From: an uncultured cyanobacterium
GTDB lineage: Bacteria > Cyanobacteriota > Cyanobacteriia > Cyanobacteriales > Microcystaceae
NCBI GenBank assembly: GCA_963807635.1
Contig: CAWEDJ010000093.1
Location: 34,119-98,118, forward strand
Length of the DNA: 64,000 bases
Direction: 5' to 3'
Numbering within the stretch: the first letter of the stretch is position 1; every line of letters starts with the position of its first letter. The notes beneath the pieces are model-generated. The model saw nothing but the letters and a program-made list of their open reading frames with translations, searched no databases and was not told the origin of the DNA. Shown here in pieces: positions 63,025-64,000 of this stretch. Both the position numbers and the translations under genes were made by a program.

Positions 63025-63900
63025 TTAAAATGCTTCTAATGGTAATGTATCAACTTTCGTCATCCATCCTAGTCGGAATAAAACCAAAACGTATTATTTC
63101 CCGTCATGAGACTAAAATTTTGTTCAATAATATTTTCTGTAATTTCTACCCGCAATCTCTTGATCTTCGCCTAGAACTTGAGTATTTTTAACGTTTGGGT
63201 TTAGCATCAACCCAAGAATGAACTCCATCTTTTCCGCATCGGATTTAAAATGATAAAGTAGATAATCTTCACCCTCTATTGCTTGATTAGATTGTTTAAA
63301 AATAAATCCTTCATCTTGATAAATTCCGACAAAAAAGTCAGTAATTGATTGCAAAAGATCAGTTGATTGTTTCCATTATCTCGATTGTTAGAAGAGAACG
63401 CACAACTTCCAATAAAAAGAAGAGGATAAACCCACTAAAATACTATCCTCAGAAGCCTGAAACTGTTCAGCACTCATTGCTGCATAGTCATTCTTTTGGG
63501 GATCGTAAATCCATGTTGTTTTTCCATCAGAAACAAGTAAATATTTTTATTTTCGTACTGAATCTCTGAGCGAAATTGATTGGGTAAAACAATCATCGTT
63601 TGATTTTTATTGATACTATTGACCTCGCTGCCCTCCATTGTCGCTTTCATCGTTGTTTCTGAAGAAAGTTGGTAAGCGCCATATTGAAAAACTCATTCAA
63701 TGCTTTTTTAAGAGGTGCAAGATTCGTCGCTTTTTTCTCGTTTAAGCTACTTTGTACAGATTCCGCTGGCAGTCCGTCATTTCTCCCAAGGCGATCGCAG
63801 AAAAAATGAAAACAATATTTAATAAAATCAACCAACGGGGCTTAAAAATATGAAGAAACATAAATGTAATAATCAAAATAGTTAAATTTAATCATAACCT
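63025..63900 (-). pseudogene. Heavily fragmented LolA-like/DUF2092-type periplasmic protein
   Basis: Frame-hopping pieces: IVLPNQFRSEIQY.., YLLVSDGKTTWIYDPQKNDYA, EDSF.VGLSSSFLL, ITENIIEQ, DTLPLEAF*. Boundaries approximate. Confidence 0.5.
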
Positions 63901-64000
63901 TAACATTAATCATTAACCCGTTTTGGAAAGATTCCTTCATTCATTTCTGCTGATTTATGACCAAACTAAACCCTCCTAGCCCCAAAAATCGCATTGTTTA

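Larger units (their letters stand above)
1..64000. repeat. Dispersed HIP1 octamer GCGATCGC
   Basis: Dozens of copies in coding and intergenic DNA, for example 351, 1753, 12186, 12939, 13259, 31806, 32343. Confidence 0.98.

Noticed and set aside
1..64000. tRNA, rRNA, integrase or prophage genes
   Set aside because: None recognisable by eye; tRNAscan/Infernal were not run.

Overview
This 64 kb window comes from a unicellular Chroococcales-type cyanobacterium, close to Synechocystis by gene content (inference). The evidence is dense HIP1 octamers (GCGATCGC), psaF-psaJ, nblS/hik33, sasA, CBS-CP12 and a low-oxygen acsF-ho2-hemN-desF operon with a divergent ChlR-like regulator. Housekeeping genes include gshA, trmL, an nlpD-like peptidase, hypF, tsaD, cysC, recJ, ABC transporters and three YcjF/DUF697 GTPases. 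They are interleaved with small accessory modules: four toxin-antitoxin pairs plus a relic, a persulfide-handling cluster, an IS5 and an IS1634-type MITE. The IS5 and the MITE each split a gene that re-forms in frame when the element is removed. The most striking pattern is that small gene cassettes (mostly TA pairs) are stacked behind the 3' ends of two host genes, a TPR glycosyltransferase and tsaD. Each cassette is bounded by a HIP1-centred copy of the host gene's last codons, and the copy next to the glycosyltransferase is the best conserved. This looks like an integron-like cassette array, but no integrase is visible in the window. Many genes carry single-base indels that cluster at GGCC, GATC/CGATCG and homopolymers. 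These are most likely methylation-related long-read errors, not real pseudogenes.
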